Shown here: one piece after another, positions 37,273 through 37,731 of the stretch
Position numbering within the stretch: position 1 is the first letter of the stretch
Layout of the letters: every line of letters begins with the position of its first letter
Origin: Candidatus Velthaea sp.
Lineage (GTDB): Bacteria > Vulcanimicrobiota > Vulcanimicrobiia > Vulcanimicrobiales > Vulcanimicrobiaceae
Assembly (NCBI GenBank): GCA_050012475.1
Contig: JBEKHC010000046.1
Coordinates: 1 to 37,731, forward strand
Direction: 5' to 3'
DNA: 37,731 nt
Notes under the pieces: model-generated
The model's input: the letters and a program-made list of their open reading frames with translations, nothing else
Database searches by the model: none
Told to the model about the DNA's origin: nothing
Made by a program: the position numbers and the translations under genes

Positions 37273-37731
37273 GCCCGGGACGTTTTGAACTGAAGCGACC
37301 GTGACGAACCTCGCGAAAAGCGCAGCGCCGCAAACGCAGAAAGGCGTCCGGTGACGGCGCAGATCAGCGTGCAGCGCTTGGTTTTTCCGTTCGCGGCTCG
37401 CGCGACCTTGCGCCGGCGCGAACCGTGCCGGCGAACTGCAGCATGCTTGCGGCCCGGCCCCGCGGCTTGATGAGGCCGAGCACCGCGGCCTGAATGCGGC
37501 AAATCCCGGCGGCTTGGATTCGTCCCGTTCCGCGCTGGTGAAATATTAAAAAGGACTACTTCGTCGGCGCGGACGCCAAGTTCGGCTCGGGCTTCACTCC
37601 AGCAATCCCAACGGTTGTGCTACGCGCAATCCTTCACGTTAGGTTTTCGCCCAAGTCGGAGGGTTCGCGTGTGGCCGGACTCAGCGGAGCCGAGGGCACC
37701 AGCTGACCGAAGCCGAGTGACCCCTCATCCG

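Noticed and set aside
37280..37731. parS site or ncRNA upstream of parA
   Set aside because: No match to the TGTTTCACGTGAAACA-type palindrome (only partial TTCACGT), and no RNA family was recognisable.

Overview
High-GC bacterial chromosomal window, mostly housekeeping genes in tightly coupled operons: hisS-accB-gmhA-gmhB-split hldE-LpxB-like (ADP-heptose/LPS); fabF-rnc-smc-purH; rpmA-obgE-nadD-lysA; maf-mreBCD-mrdA; aminotransferase-trpS; parA-parB-hypothetical-thiE-thiD-ABC binding protein. LPS genes together with a Firmicutes-type extended L27 suggest a diderm Terrabacteria member, possibly Eremiobacterota/Vulcanimicrobiota (inference only). The main accessory feature is an AT-richer restriction-modification-like island (~25.3-27.7 kb) with a C5 DNA methyltransferase, an XRE controller and an HNH nuclease. 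The nuclease 3' end is interrupted in frame by a 158-bp MITE-like element at a duplicated CTAG. That element folds into a long, strand-specific, G-U-rich hairpin, and a 3 x 57-bp tandem repeat lies nearby. Other oddities: a LysR-controlled leaderless small membrane protein, L27 without rplU/prp, and three genes (maf, parA, ABC binding protein) lacking a canonical in-frame start or frame continuity. No rRNA, tRNA or CRISPR array was recognised.
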